DNA of 64,000 bases from Terriglobia bacterium (GCA_963695545.1 OY968796.1:1024001-1088000); one strand, 5' to 3'. Positions 20,737 through 30,617 are shown, counted from the first letter of the stretch. Translations and numbers: made by a program. Notes: generated from the sequence alone by a model not told the origin.

Positions 20737-21366
20737 ATGAGATATCTAAAAATCGTCACATTACTTGGCGCTTGCTTGCTCTTCGTACCTTACGCGCACG
20801 CACAAGGAGTTGAGGTCGGCGTTGGAGTCGGCCCGGCCTACGTTGGACCAGCTCCCGTGTGCGCCTATGGCTACTATGATTATTACCCCTACGACTGCGC
20901 GCCCTACGGCTTCTACGGCCCTAGCTGGTTCGACGGAGGCGTCTTCATCGGCGCCGGTCCGTGGTTCCACGGTCGCGGCTTCTACGGAGGCCCCGGCTAC
21001 TACGGCCGCGGTGGCTACGGCTACGTTGGTCGCGGCGGGTACGGCTACGCCGGGCGCGGCGGGTACGGCTACGCTGGACGCGGCGCCTACGGTGGACGCG
21101 GCTTTAATCCCGGCGGACCGATCGCCCGCGGAAGCTCACACGGTGCCTACGAAGGTGGCGGATACGCTCGCGGTTACTCTGGCGGCAACGCACGCGGCGG
21201 CGGTGGCTACGCACGCGGCGGAGGCGGGGGTTACGCCCGCGGTGGTGGCGGTGGCTACGCCCGCGGTGGTGGCGGTGGCTATGCACGCGGTGGTGGTGGC
21301 GGAGGCGGCTTCCACGGTGGTGGCGGTCACGGTGGCGGAGGGGGCCACGGTGGCGGACATCGCTAA
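20737..21366 (+). CDS. Secreted Gly/Tyr/Arg-rich low-complexity protein
   Basis: Signal peptide ending AHA-Q; 'PVCAYGYYDYYPYDCAPYG' two-Cys motif; GGYGYAGR and GGGGYAR repeats. Confidence 0.8.
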   Translation: MRYLKIVTLLGACLLFVPYAHAQGVEVGVGVGPAYVGPAPVCAYGYYDYYPYDCAPYGFYGPSWFDGGVFIGAGPWFHGRGFYGGPGYYGRGGYGYVGRGGYGYAGRGGYGYAGRGAYGGRGFNPGGPIARGSSHGAYEGGGYARGYSGGNARGGGGYARGGGGGYARGGGGGYARGGGGGYARGGGGGGGFHGGGGHGGGGGHGGGHR

Positions 21367-21403
21367 ATCTCGTCTCTGAGCAAACACGCTCAGCGACAAT
21401 CGC

Positions 21404-21445
21404 AAACGGCCGACAGCTCCCCCGCTGCCGGCCGTTTCTTTTTTT
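21404..21445 (+). terminator. Rho-independent terminator
   Basis: aaacggccgacagc...gctgccggccgttt stem followed by a T-run. Confidence 0.75.
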
Positions 21446-21465
21446 GTTCGGCCGAACTGGTGCCT

Positions 21466-21497
21466 GGGTGCCCCACACGCAGTAGTCGCGTGTGGGG
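21466..21497. repeat. REP-like palindrome (GGGTGCCCCA-headed)
   Basis: gggtg-ccccacacgc-agtagtc-gcgtgtgggg; a related copy is at 26019. Confidence 0.55.
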
Positions 21498-21616
21498 TTT
21501 TTTCATTCACGCTCGCCTCGCAGTCGCCTGCCCGCCGGAGGCGGGAAGATTCCCTCTTGCGTTTGCCAGTCGTTCTTGGAACCGCTCGGCTCCGCGATTT
21601 TCCGCAAACGCCGCTC

Positions 21617-22294
21617 CTACGCCGCTCCCCGCCGCGAATACCCATCAATCCGTTTCTTGTAAAGCAGCAGCACGCTCGGACCAAACGCGAGCAGCATGAT
21701 CGCGATCCCCGTCGCGATTCCAAAACTCGTCGCGACAGGCGCCGAGCAGTCGTCCTTGCGCCGCACGATGATGTGGCTCGGCACCGCGATCAGCAGCTCC
21801 AGCACGCTCCCGCGCAGCAACCACGAAATCACGCGCGTCACCGCATCGCTCGATCCCCGCAGATAAACGTAAAAGAAAATCCCCCACAGCGCCCACAGCG
21901 CCGCCACAAAACACACGATCTCCCTGGCGCTCGCGATCACAAACGAATTCGCGAAATCGTCGCCGCGCACCACAAATCCCACGCACCAAATCGCCGCCGC
22001 CGTCAGCAGCGCCGTCAGCCCGGCCGCCACCGTGCCCGAAATCGCGATGTGCGCTCGCGGCCGCAGCCGCCGCCACGACGTGTCCACGCGCAAAAAAAGC
22101 AGCGCAGCCTCGCCGCACACAACCATCCCCACAGGGAGCCAGAAAAGCCAGCTTGCGTACACCAACTCCAGATTTGTCCTCAACAATGACCACGTCGCGT
22201 TGTCGCCTCCCATCACCCAAATCGCGCCCGGCGTCAGGAGCCCCAAAACGATCAGCGCGTAAACCACCGTAATCACGATCCCCCATTTGCGCAT
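21617..22294 (-). CDS. Hypothetical integral membrane protein (about 6 TM)
   Basis: Hydrophobic helices; 'WLLRGSVLELLIAVPSHIIVRRKDDCSAP'. Confidence 0.75.
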   Translation of the reverse strand: MRKWGIVITVVYALIVLGLLTPGAIWVMGGDNATWSLLRTNLELVYASWLFWLPVGMVVCGEAALLFLRVDTSWRRLRPRAHIAISGTVAAGLTALLTAAAIWCVGFVVRGDDFANSFVIASAREIVCFVAALWALWGIFFYVYLRGSSDAVTRVISWLLRGSVLELLIAVPSHIIVRRKDDCSAPVATSFGIATGIAIMLLAFGPSVLLLYKKRIDGYSRRGAA

Positions 22295-22618
22295 GGCCCC
22301 TCCTCTCGACGCCCCTCTCTATCACACTCCCCGCGCCTTAGATCGGAAAATTCGTTCGGTCGAGCAGGCCGGCGGCGAGCGTTTCCTGCGAGTCCGAACA
22401 ACCCGCGGCGCCGCATGTCTCCGCCTGCGGCGAATATTCCCACAGCATTCACGGTTCGTTCACATTGCTCGTGTAAATCCTAAGGCATCGTTGCCGACCG
22501 TGGAAGCAGATTGGGGCCTGCCCCTGTCGCAACCAAGTGCGTGACGCGCTCCGTAGCGCTTCCCACGGGCCTGATTGAAAAAGCAAGCCATCCCAATAAA
22601 TGCAAATGGAGAGCGCGC

Positions 22619-25600
22619 ATGAAGATTCAAATGCCGGTGACGCAGGCAATCAGCAGTAATCACTCCACGCGGCCGCACATCCTCCCCGTGATTCGATTCG
22701 CGATCGTTGCGCTCGCGATGATCGTCGCAAGCTTGCCGGCGCGCGCTCAATCCGAAAACGCCGAGGTCCTGGGATCCGTTCGCGATGCGACCGGAGCATC
22801 CGTCGCCGGCGCCGACGTGACGCTCACGAATCAGGGCACCCACATTCAGGACAAGACCACCACCGACGGCCAGGGAGATTACGACTTCCTGAATGTCCCC
22901 ATCGGTCAGTACGAGATTTCAGCTGAGCACACCGGCTTTTCCATTTTCACCTCGGACTTTCGCCTGGACGTCGGCGCTCGGCAGCGCGTGGACATCGCGC
23001 TGCAAGTTGGCGCAAGTTCCGCCACCGTCGTGGTCACCGGCGCGGCCGTTCCGCTCGACACCGATTCGAGCGACCACGGCCAAATCATCAGCACCGCAGC
23101 CGTCGCCGAGCTCCCGCTCATCGGCCGCAACTACGCCGACCTCGCGCTGCTCTCCACGAACGCCGTGAAATCTCCGATCGCCGATTCTTTCGGCCCCACT
23201 GGCACGCCGCGCGAGGGCGCCTTCAACGTAAACGGCATGCGCAGCACCTACAACAATTTTCTCCTGGACGGCGAGGACAACAACGCCTACTCGACCAGCA
23301 ACCAGGGCTACTCCGCGCAAGTCGTCCAGCCATCGCCCGACGCCATCGCCGAATTCAAAGTGATCACCGGCGATTACAGCGCCGAGTACGGCCGCGTCGG
23401 CGGCGCCGTGGTGGACGCTGTCATGAAATCCGGAACCAATCAGTTTCACGGCAGCACCTACGAATTTGTGCGCAACACCGTCCTGAACGCCACAGGCTTC
23501 CTGTTCAGTCCGGCCCCCAAAAACCCGCTCGAGAGAAACCAGTTCGGAGCGACCGTCGGCGGCCCGGTCCTCAAAAACAAACTTTTCTTCTTCGGCGACT
23601 ACGAAGGCTTCCGGCAAAATCAGAGATACAATAATTACGACTCCATTCCCACCGCGGCCGAAGTCGGCGGCGTTTTGCCCGTAACGGTCGTAGATGATCT
23701 GACTGGCACGGTCTACAACGCCGGAACCACGATTCCCATCGCCACTCTGAATCCGTTTGCTGCGACCGTTCTGAGCGCACTCCCCCCGACCACCCCCGGC
23801 CTCACCGGAGCCTCCAACAATTTGCTCGAGCAGTTACTCATCACCGATGACGACGACAAGTACGACGTGAAGATCGATGGCAAATTCACCAACACCATGT
23901 CCGGCTTCCTCCGCTTCAGCGAGCGTTGGGACACTCAATATTTCCAGCCGGATATCCCCGGTGCGTCGGGCGGCAACGGCAACGGCCACATTAAGGCCGA
24001 CGATCAGAACGTCTCGGTTGGTTATGTCTGGTCCCTGTCCTCGACCTCCATTTTCGAGGCTCGCTTTGGCCTCTCCCACATCGCCGCCGGAAAAACACCG
24101 GTCACTCTCGGCGAAGAAAGCATGCTCGCGCTCTACGGCATCGCCGGCCTGCCGACCGGCTCGAATCTCACCGGCGGCCTCAACTCCCAAGCGGTCAGCG
24201 GCCTCAGCCAGTTCGGCCGCCAAACCAGCAATCCCCAGTTCCAGAACCCCACTTCGTTTGGCCCGAAGTTCAGCTATTCAAAGATCGTCGGCCGCCACTC
24301 TCTGAAAATGGGCTACGAATTCATGGCCATTCGCACCGAGATCCTGGACGTCAACCCGCTCTACGGCGAAGACACCTACGCCGGTCAGTTCAGCAAACCC
24401 ACCTGCGGCCAATTGGGCATGGCCACCGGCTGCACGATTGCCAGCAATGCCACGGCTTACAATTTGGCGGATTTCATCTTCGGCACCCCCAGCACCATCA
24501 ACCTCGGCAACGATGACGTCGTCAATCTCCGCCAGCACATCCAGGCCCTCTACTTTCAAGACGACTATCGCGTGACTCCCAAGCTCACCCTGAATCTCGG
24601 CTTGCGCTGGGACTTCGCCACGCCGCTCTACGAGCGCGACAACAACTACTCCGATTTCAATCCCGCCAACGACACCATGACCCCCGCCACCAGCGGAAGT
24701 CTTTTCCAGCGTTCCCTGGTTCATCCCGACTACAAAAACTACGGCCCGCGCATCGGCCTGGCCTACAGCTTTTTGCCGAAAACCGTTTTCCGCGCGGCCT
24801 ATGGCATCAGCTACGACTATTTCAACCGCGTCGGCAGCGCGCTTGAAGGCATCAACGCTCCGCAAGCGCTTTTCGGCGTAATCAGTCAATCGATTCCCGC
24901 GGGCGGTCCGGTGCCCTCCAATTTTCTCATCACCAAGAATAGTTTCACCACCGGCATCGACGTCCCCGCGAACTTCAATCCTCTGGTTTCCAACGTGGTC
25001 TACATTCCGGCGAACAGCCCGTGGCCGTACATTCAAACCTGGTTCGCCGGAATTCAACAGGAAATCACGCCCAATACCATTCTCGAAGTCGACTACAACG
25101 GAAATCACAGCCTGGATCTCCCGATCCTCGCCGATTACAATCAGGCCGCTCCCAACGCCGTCGGCGGCACTCTCTCCATCGCCGCCCGCGTGCCGATTCC
25201 AACCTACGGACCGATCACCTGGGTCGATCCCGTCGGCAACAATAATTACAACGGCCTCTCGTTTCGCGCCGAACACCGCTTCACCGGCGGCTTATATTTC
25301 CTGAATTCGTTCACCTGGGGCAAAGCGCTCGGCGATTCCGAGCAAGCCCTCGAGTACTATGCCGGCTACGTCGAAGCCAATCCGCAAAACATTCACGATC
25401 TCTCCGCCGAATATGGCCCTTCCAGCTTCGACGTGAAGCTCAACAACGTCACCTCGATCGTCTATCAGCTTCCTTTCGGCCGCGGCCTCAGATACGGCTC
25501 GAAAATGAATCGCGGCGAAGACGCCGCCCTCGGCGGATGGGAACTCAACTTCATCAACTCCGCGCACACCGGCACGCCCCTCAACGTTTACTACGGTCCC

Positions 25601-26002
25601 ACCAGCACAGAGAGCGTCTCCAGCCTGACCAACGACTATCGCGGTGAACCTTTCCTGCGTCCCGACGTCACCGGCAGCGCCGTCTCCCAATCCACGGCCC
25701 AAATGCTCAAAACTTATTTCGCCGGCTACACCTTCACCATCCCGCCCATCAACACTCCCTTCGGCGATATCAGCCGAAACGATTTCCGCACTCCCGGCCT
25801 CGAGCAATTGGATTTTTCGCTCGACAAAACTTTCCAGATCACCGAAGGCATTCGCCTGCAGTTCCGCTCCGAATTCTTCAACGTCATGAATCACACAAAT
25901 TTCGGCATCCCCAACACCCAAACCACCTCCGCCGCGTTCGGCACCATCACCACCACGTACCCGGCGCGCCAGATTCAGTTCGGCCTCAAGCTACTTTTCT
26001 AG
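22619..26002 (+). CDS. TonB-dependent receptor (carboxypeptidase-regulatory-like N-domain, Oar-type barrel)
   Basis: 'GSVRDATGA.VAGADVTLTN', 'ELPLIGRNY', 'FLLDGEDN', 'PSPDAIAEFKV', 'KSGTNQFHGS', C-terminal 'RQIQFGLKLLF'. Confidence 0.93.
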   Translation: MKIQMPVTQAISSNHSTRPHILPVIRFAIVALAMIVASLPARAQSENAEVLGSVRDATGASVAGADVTLTNQGTHIQDKTTTDGQGDYDFLNVPIGQYEISAEHTGFSIFTSDFRLDVGARQRVDIALQVGASSATVVVTGAAVPLDTDSSDHGQIISTAAVAELPLIGRNYADLALLSTNAVKSPIADSFGPTGTPREGAFNVNGMRSTYNNFLLDGEDNNAYSTSNQGYSAQVVQPSPDAIAEFKVITGDYSAEYGRVGGAVVDAVMKSGTNQFHGSTYEFVRNTVLNATGFLFSPAPKNPLERNQFGATVGGPVLKNKLFFFGDYEGFRQNQRYNNYDSIPTAAEVGGVLPVTVVDDLTGTVYNAGTTIPIATLNPFAATVLSALPPTTPGLTGASNNLLEQLLITDDDDKYDVKIDGKFTNTMSGFLRFSERWDTQYFQPDIPGASGGNGNGHIKADDQNVSVGYVWSLSSTSIFEARFGLSHIAAGKTPVTLGEESMLALYGIAGLPTGSNLTGGLNSQAVSGLSQFGRQTSNPQFQNPTSFGPKFSYSKIVGRHSLKMGYEFMAIRTEILDVNPLYGEDTYAGQFSKPTCGQLGMATGCTIASNATAYNLADFIFGTPSTINLGNDDVVNLRQHIQALYFQDDYRVTPKLTLNLGLRWDFATPLYERDNNYSDFNPANDTMTPATSGSLFQRSLVHPDYKNYGPRIGLAYSFLPKTVFRAAYGISYDYFNRVGSALEGINAPQALFGVISQSIPAGGPVPSNFLITKNSFTTGIDVPANFNPLVSNVVYIPANSPWPYIQTWFAGIQQEITPNTILEVDYNGNHSLDLPILADYNQAAPNAVGGTLSIAARVPIPTYGPITWVDPVGNNNYNGLSFRAEHRFTGGLYFLNSFTWGKALGDSEQALEYYAGYVEANPQNIHDLSAEYGPSSFDVKLNNVTSIVYQLPFGRGLRYGSKMNRGEDAALGGWELNFINSAHTGTPLNVYYGPTSTESVSSLTNDYRGEPFLRPDVTGSAVSQSTAQMLKTYFAGYTFTIPPINTPFGDISRNDFRTPGLEQLDFSLDKTFQITEGIRLQFRSEFFNVMNHTNFGIPNTQTTSAAFGTITTTYPARQIQFGLKLLF

Positions 26003-26018
26003 AATCTATCTCGACACC

Positions 26019-26054
26019 GGGTGCCCCATCCTTGCGCGCCCCGCAAGGGTGGGG
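26019..26054. repeat. REP-like palindrome (GGGTGCCCCA-headed)
   Basis: gggtg-ccccatccttgcg-cgccc-cgcaagggtgggg hairpin directly after the receptor stop codon. Confidence 0.6.
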
Positions 26055-26084
26055 ATTCTCCCTCGCCGCTTTTGCCGTAACGTT

Positions 26085-26273
26085 GTCATCCCGAACCCGG
26101 TCGCCGGCCCTCGGCGAACGCGGGACCGCAGCGGAGGCACCTCTCCGCCGGTTCTTACTTCGCACTTTTCTCCCCACACCGCCCACCACCCAACCGTCAT
26201 TCTGAGCGGAGAGGCGGCTCTTTTTCCGCCCGTCCGCGTCCGCGGACGAGTCGCCTTGCAGTCGAAGAATCCC
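26085..26273. repeat. Two GTCAT(C/T)C(C/T)GA-headed REP-like elements
   Basis: gtcatcccgaac... at 26085 and gtcattctgagcg...gtcgaagaatccc at 26196-26273, with internal GC hairpins. Confidence 0.45.
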
Positions 26274-26363
26274 TCCCGCGGTTGCCCCGCCTTCCCGCTC
26301 CTCTGTTCGAAATGAAATTGGTACTTTTCCACCCAATCTATTCGAATAGCTCATAAAATATCG

Positions 26364-26393
26364 TTGACACACTAGTATTGTTCATGCTAGCGT
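26364..26393 (+). promoter_or_regulatory. Putative sigma70 promoter with an extended -10
   Basis: TTGACA (26364), 18-nt spacer, TGc-TAGCGT. Confidence 0.5.
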
Positions 26394-26742
26394 ACGGAAT
26401 GAGCCGCGAACAAACTTCCTCGTCCCAGATTGCGCCAACAACGCGCCCTGCCCCGCGCCATCTTTCCCCGTCCGTGTCGCACTCTTCTGCACAAAAACGC
26501 CTCTCCATCCACTTTAGTTTCAATCGATTGCAAATGAGTGCGCATCTCATTGAAACCATTCGATATCAACGCACTTGTTTTCACACTCATCCGCACTCTT
26601 TTCCTGGAAGTCCTTTGTTTGCAGCTTTTTACGATTTTGGTACGGGGGTGTATATAGGGGCGGCTCCAAAATTACCAACGCCCGCCGCCGCTGCGCCCGC
26701 CTCACAGGTTCGCACATCGAATGCCTGGGGGGTAACACGACC

Positions 26743-27732
26743 ATGAAAGCAGCCGTTGTCACAGCGAAGGGCGGACCGTGGGAGATTCAAAGCGTTCCCG
26801 ATCCGAAGATTGAAGCCGGGCAAGTGCTGGTGAAGATGCACGCCAGCGGCATTTGCTTCAGCGACGTGCACGAAACGCTCGGCCACTTACCGGGCGCGTT
26901 CCCGCGAATCCTCGGCCACGAACCGGTCGGCGAAATCATCGCCGTCGGCGCGGGCGTCACCTCGCGCAAAGTCGGCGACCGCGTGGGCACCGCATGGATC
27001 CAGGCAGCCTGCGGCCGCTGCGAGTGGTGCCAGCGCGGAAAGCAAAACTTCTGCTCCGTCGATCCGAAGGTCACTGGAATCCAGTTGCAGGGCGGCCACG
27101 CGGAATTGATGCCCATGTACGCCGATACCACCACGCTGATTCCCGATGGCCTTTCCTACGAACAAGCCGCGCCGATTTTCTGCGCGGGTTACACCGTGTG
27201 GGCCGGCCTCCGCCTCGCCGCTCCCGTGCCGGGCGAACGCATCGCCGTGCTGGGCATCGGCGGGCTCGGCCACCTGGCCGTGCAATACGCGAAAGCCGCG
27301 GGCTTTGAAACCATCGCCATTTCGCATTCGCCCGACAAGGATAAATTCATTCGCGAGCTCGGCGCCGATGAAATCGTGCGCGACGGCAAGGGCCTCCTCG
27401 ACGCCGGCGGCGCGGACATCGTGCTGAGCACCACGAATTCCGTTCCCGCCATGGCCGATAGCGTCAATGGCATCCGCCCCGACGGGCGCTTCGTCGTCAT
27501 GGGCGCGGGCGCCGAACCGCTCGCTCTCTCGACCATCACGCTTCTCAGCAAACGCATTCGCGTGATCGGCAGCACGCAAAATGGCCGCGAATATCTTTAC
27601 GAGGCGCTCGATTACGCCGCGAAAGGCAAAGTGAAAGTGATCGCCGAAACGTACAAATTGGACGACGCGGCGAAGGCCTACGCGCGCGTCGCCGAAGGGA
27701 CCGTGCGTTTCCGCGCCGTGCTGGCGATCTGA
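26743..27732 (+). CDS. Zinc-dependent alcohol dehydrogenase (MDR family)
   Basis: 'SGICFSD', 'GHEPVG', 'CGRCEWC.......C', 'GIGGLGH'. Confidence 0.93.
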   Translation: MKAAVVTAKGGPWEIQSVPDPKIEAGQVLVKMHASGICFSDVHETLGHLPGAFPRILGHEPVGEIIAVGAGVTSRKVGDRVGTAWIQAACGRCEWCQRGKQNFCSVDPKVTGIQLQGGHAELMPMYADTTTLIPDGLSYEQAAPIFCAGYTVWAGLRLAAPVPGERIAVLGIGGLGHLAVQYAKAAGFETIAISHSPDKDKFIRELGADEIVRDGKGLLDAGGADIVLSTTNSVPAMADSVNGIRPDGRFVVMGAGAEPLALSTITLLSKRIRVIGSTQNGREYLYEALDYAAKGKVKVIAETYKLDDAAKAYARVAEGTVRFRAVLAI

Positions 27733-27746
27733 AGCGTCGTGGTTTT

Positions 27747-27777
27747 GTAGGGGCGGAGCTCGCCTCCGCCCGCTTTT
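27747..27777. repeat. GTAG-type REP-like palindrome, possibly also a terminator
   Basis: gtag-gggcggag-ctcgc-ctccgccc-gctttt between convergent genes. Confidence 0.5.
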
Positions 27778-27799
27778 GGGAGATGAACTTGCGATGTCG

Positions 27800-28282
27800 C
27801 TATTTCAAATCGAGGCCCGTGATCGTCATCGTGGGGTACTGCTGGTTCCACTGGTCGGGGAGGTGCTCGTAGCTCAATTGAAAATCGTACTGCTGCCCGG
27901 GACCGAGCGGCCCCGCCGTCGCAGGAAACAGCCGCTGCTGATCGCGCAGCACCACCTGGCCAAAGATGTCGTGAAACTCGAGCGTGACTTCGATCTGATT
28001 CACGGTGCGCGGTCCGTCGTTTTCAACCGTGCCGAAAACATACGTCACCTCTTGATTCAGAAAATTCGTGGCGCGGCTCATCGGCGTGTTCGCCGGCCGG
28101 GTGAATTTGATCTGCGGCGCGTAGGCCTGCTCGGCGGCGCCCATCGGCAGCGGCGGCGGCGCGGTCGATTGCGTGGTGGCCGAGTGTCTGCTCCACAAAA
28201 CCGCCGCGCCGACCAGCAGAGCCACAATCACGGCGCCGATCAAAAACGCCACGGGCATTTCGCGCTTTCTAGTTTCTGCCAT
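27800..28282 (-). CDS. Membrane-anchored hypothetical protein with an Ig-like (FxLYD/DUF3426-like) domain
   Basis: N-terminal TM helix; 'VFGTVENDGPRTV..IEVTLEFHD..GQVV', 'PLGPGQ..DF'. Confidence 0.65.
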   Translation of the reverse strand: MAETRKREMPVAFLIGAVIVALLVGAAVLWSRHSATTQSTAPPPLPMGAAEQAYAPQIKFTRPANTPMSRATNFLNQEVTYVFGTVENDGPRTVNQIEVTLEFHDIFGQVVLRDQQRLFPATAGPLGPGQQYDFQLSYEHLPDQWNQQYPTMTITGLDLK

Positions 28283-28320
28283 GGTGCGAACCTCGTTCCG
28301 CTCTCTTTCGATTCGATGCC

Positions 28321-29064
28321 TCAGCGCCCGAAGGAGAGGCGCGAGATCAGCGGCTCCGGCAATCCCGCCTCGCGCATGCGTTCTTGCACCGCCGCGATAT
28401 TGTACGGCACGCGCCAGAATTCGATCACGCCGTGATCGCGATCGGCAATCGCAAAGCCCGCGCGCGGATCGCCGTCGCGCGGCTGCCCGACCGAGCCGGG
28501 ATTCAGCAGGTAGCGCGTGCCCGCTTCCACGCGCAGCGCCGCGAAGCTCGTGCCCGCCGGCACGCGCATCTGGATCACTTGCAGATCGTCATCGCGATAC
28601 GAGAAGCCGCCTTGAATGTGCGTGTGGCCGAAAAAAGTAACGTTCGTCGGCGAACCCACAAGTCCGCCGAGCGCTTGCGCCGGAGAAAAAACGTAGTCGT
28701 CTTCATCCTGATACGAGCCGTGAACCAGCGTCAGCTCGCCGGCGCGCAGCGGCCCGGCCGGCAGCCGCTCGATGAATTCGAGATTCGCGGAAGTAAGTTG
28801 CTCGCGCGTCCACTGCGCCGCCATCAGCGCCATGGGATTCAGATCCTCGGCGCTCGGATCGCCGGCGGCGGCTTTGTCGTGATTGCCGCGAATGATCGCC
28901 GGCGCGATCGATCCCAGACGATCGATCACTTCGTTCGGGTCGGGCCCGTAACCGACCACGTCGCCCAAACAGACGGCGCCTTCCCAGCGTCCGCGCGCCG
29001 CGGCCAGCGCGGCTTCGAGCGCGGTCGAGTTGGCGTGAATGTCGCTCAGTACCAGAAGACGCAT
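28321..29064 (-). CDS. Metallophosphoesterase (calcineurin-like)
   Basis: 'SDIHAN', 'LGDVVGYGP', 'RGNHD', 'GHTH', 'NPGSVGQPRD'. Confidence 0.93.
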   Translation of the reverse strand: MRLLVLSDIHANSTALEAALAAARGRWEGAVCLGDVVGYGPDPNEVIDRLGSIAPAIIRGNHDKAAAGDPSAEDLNPMALMAAQWTREQLTSANLEFIERLPAGPLRAGELTLVHGSYQDEDDYVFSPAQALGGLVGSPTNVTFFGHTHIQGGFSYRDDDLQVIQMRVPAGTSFAALRVEAGTRYLLNPGSVGQPRDGDPRAGFAIADRDHGVIEFWRVPYNIAAVQERMREAGLPEPLISRLSFGR

Positions 29065-29530
29065 TCGCTCTCACCCGCTCGCTCGCGTCGCGCGCGCCTG
29101 CGATTGCTTGCCACACGCGCGCCCCGCGCTCGCCCGAGCCGGACTTCTCGCGCGAGCGCCTGATTATAATCGAAGCCCTGTCACTCCGCGCGATCCTTCG
29201 CGATGTGCGCGCGGAGGTTCGTCGTTTTGCCAAACCGCGCGCCGTCCCGTCATCCTTTTCGCTCGCCCGCTCGCTCGTCCCCTTGCTCACCTATGGAAAT
29301 ATTCGGCGTCCAACGCAACAAGAATTGAAACATTCGGAGGAACGCACTCGTACTACTGAATGCAGGCGCACTGAGCTGCACGGCGCGGGAATCGAGAGCA
29401 GGCCAATCGGCGAGTAAGGCCGCAAATGGCAGGCCGCATTGCTCCATTTTGGTTCTTGTGCCGCAGCGCATCGTGCGCAGAATCGAATCGTTCGGCTTCG
29501 CCGGACGATAGCAGCAAAAGGGGTGCGAAA

Positions 29531-29944
29531 ATGCGTTCTGCACGGTTCCAATTGTTCGGTCGATATCTCGTTGCGTTTCTCGGTGTCATAGCATTGACAT
29601 TCTCGGCCGCGGCCACAGCCTCGGCCAACACCACCGTGAAACACGTCACGCTCGTACATGATGTGCTTGTCGGGGAAACCATGCTTCCGGCCGGAGACTA
29701 CCTACTGGTGATTGACGGCGGGAAGATGTTAGTGGAACAGGGCAAGCGCGTCGTCGCGCAGGCGGCGGCGCGCTGGGAAGAGCGCGACGAGATGCCCGTC
29801 TACGATTCCGTGCTTTACGCGGATGGATATCACGTGATCGAAATTCGATTCAAGCACCAGCGCGATGTGCTAGTGGTCGTCGCGCCGCCGGTGCGCTCGG
29901 CAAGCTTGCCTTCGCGAAGCGACACGCAAACGCCCCAGCCATAA
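29531..29944 (+). CDS. Small secreted beta-rich hypothetical protein, paralog 1
   Basis: Signal peptide ending ASA; 'DVLVGETMLPAGDY'. Confidence 0.75.
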   Translation: MRSARFQLFGRYLVAFLGVIALTFSAAATASANTTVKHVTLVHDVLVGETMLPAGDYLLVIDGGKMLVEQGKRVVAQAAARWEERDEMPVYDSVLYADGYHVIEIRFKHQRDVLVVVAPPVRSASLPSRSDTQTPQP

Positions 29945-30257
29945 AACCGACCAGCCGTTTCTACGGCACTTCCGGAGTCGCCGCCGGCGACATAAACGCT
30001 CGTCCCCTTGCTCACCTATGGGAGCGCTCCGCGTCCAACGGCACAAGAGTCGGGAACTTTCGGAGGGGGACGATCGTTCTTCCGAGCACAGGCCCGCAGG
30101 GCCGCGCGGTACGAAAATCCAACGCAGGCCAATCGGCGAGCGGCGCCACAAATGGCACCTCGCGACGCTCCACTTTGGTTCTTGTGCCGCGGCGGATCGT
30201 GCGCAGAATCGGATCGTTCGGACTCTTCCGATAACGAGGGGAAAAAGGGGTGCGAGA

Positions 30258-30617
30258 ATGGGTGCAACACGTTTGCGACTGTTCGGTTCGCGTCTATTCG
30301 TCTTTCTCAGTGTGATGGCTTTGGCGCTCTCATTCACGGCCGCGGCGTCAGCCGACACCGCCACAAAACACATAACGTTCGATCATGATGTACTGATCGG
30401 AGGGGTCAAGCTGCCGGCCGGAGACTACGTCCTGGTAATCAGCGATGGGCACCTGACCGTGAAGCGCGAAAACAAGATTGTTGCGCAGGCCACCACGCAC
30501 TGGGAGGCGCGCGACAATACGCCGACTGCAGATTCCGTGCTCTACGGAGATAACAATCTGGTGCTCGAGATCCGATTTGCTCACGAGCGCGCCGTGTTGG
30601 TCGTCGCGGCTCCCTAA
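30258..30617 (+). CDS. Small secreted beta-rich hypothetical protein, paralog 2
   Basis: Signal peptide ending ASA; 'DVLIGGVKLPAGDY', 'WEARD...DSVLY...LEIRF.HER.VLVV' aligns with paralog 1. Confidence 0.75.
   Translation: MGATRLRLFGSRLFVFLSVMALALSFTAAASADTATKHITFDHDVLIGGVKLPAGDYVLVISDGHLTVKRENKIVAQATTHWEARDNTPTADSVLYGDNNLVLEIRFAHERAVLVVAAP

Larger units (their letters stand above)
29272..30617 (+). repeat. Diverged tandem duplication (period about 725 bp) of leader + gene
   Basis: Identical 25-mer cgctcgtccccttgctcacctatgg at 29272 and 29997, further shared blocks, and paralogous ORFs. Confidence 0.85.

Noticed and set aside
21000..21360. GGC/GGT-rich tandem repeats considered as a DNA-level repeat element
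   Set aside because: Fully explained by the Gly-rich protein coding sequence.
29426..29445. Possible sigma54 promoter TGGCAG...TTGC in the duplicated leader
   Set aside because: The spacing is one base too long, and the second copy lacks the TTGC element.
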